Of a stretch of 64,000 nt of DNA, positions 63,996-64,000 are shown in pieces (position 1 is the first letter of the stretch; every line of letters starts with the position of its first letter). The stretch is from Oscillospiraceae bacterium (lineage in GTDB: Bacteria; Bacillota; Clostridia; Oscillospirales; Ruminococcaceae): NCBI GenBank assembly GCA_012520915.1, contig JAAYNJ010000004.1, positions 82 through 64,081 on the forward strand, in the 5' to 3' direction. The translations under genes and the position numbers were made by a program. Under the pieces are notes generated by a model that was not told where the DNA came from, made no database searches, and worked only from the letters and a program-made list of their open reading frames with translations.

Positions 63996-64000
63996 CGCTG

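Noticed and set aside
1-64000. A search for CRISPR arrays, tRNA/rRNA genes, transposases, integrases and prophage genes.
   Set aside because: I saw no regularly spaced direct repeats, no tRNA-like or rRNA-like sequence, and no recombinase-like ORF. The AT-rich blocks therefore cannot be delimited as mobile elements from this window alone.

Overview
This looks like a 64-kb chromosomal segment from a low/medium-GC Gram-positive anaerobe. Gene content suggests Clostridia: GGAGG-type RBSs, a T-box leader, an Lsa-type ABC-F and many GGDEF proteins. All calls come from reading the ORF track and the DNA by eye and from remembered family motifs. No database search, RNA folding or statistics were run. 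I support about 52 protein genes and saw no rRNA, tRNA, CRISPR array, transposase or integrase.

Layout by coordinate:
- 0-10.6 kb: housekeeping and efflux genes (ppa, Mrp/NBP35, a heterodimeric ABC exporter, VWA, a macro-domain protein, an Lsa-family ABC-F with an attenuator-like leader, a nitroreductase).
- 10.6-16 kb: an AT-rich McrBC type IV restriction island. It also carries a free-standing copy of the McrB N-terminal module and an acidic/Cys-rich ORF.
- 17.2-28.7 kb: a LacI-controlled sugar/glycoside locus with 3 paralogous xylose-isomerase-like TIM barrels, 2 Gfo/Idh/MocA dehydrogenases, a ribose-type ABC importer and an orphan PTS-EIIC-like permease.
- 28.9-34.8 kb: a mixed accessory block (PNPOx-like, Maa acetyltransferase, MATE, a fourth TIM barrel, VOC, a hexokinase-family kinase).
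- 35-39 kb: DUF362, ThpR, a small XRE operon and a protein that fuses an unknown domain to a cyclase.
- 39.9-51 kb: four GGDEF genes, a decayed GGDEF fragment, and a WYL regulator flanked by an HTH ORF and a tandem-AAA+ (CbbX/SpoVK-like) ATPase.
- 51-64 kb: GH13, rlmD, cysK, DUF503, DUF2442, a MalT/LAL-type regulator, a Trp T-box leader controlling a lone trpB, and a degenerate-GGDEF/EAL protein that runs to the window edge.

The candidates I rate highest for further study are the modified McrBC island, the WYL/operator/AAA+ locus, the oxidoreductive sugar locus with the orphan EIIC, the mini-ORF attenuator of the ABC-F gene, and the two-layer trpB leader. None is proven to be a new system from sequence alone.
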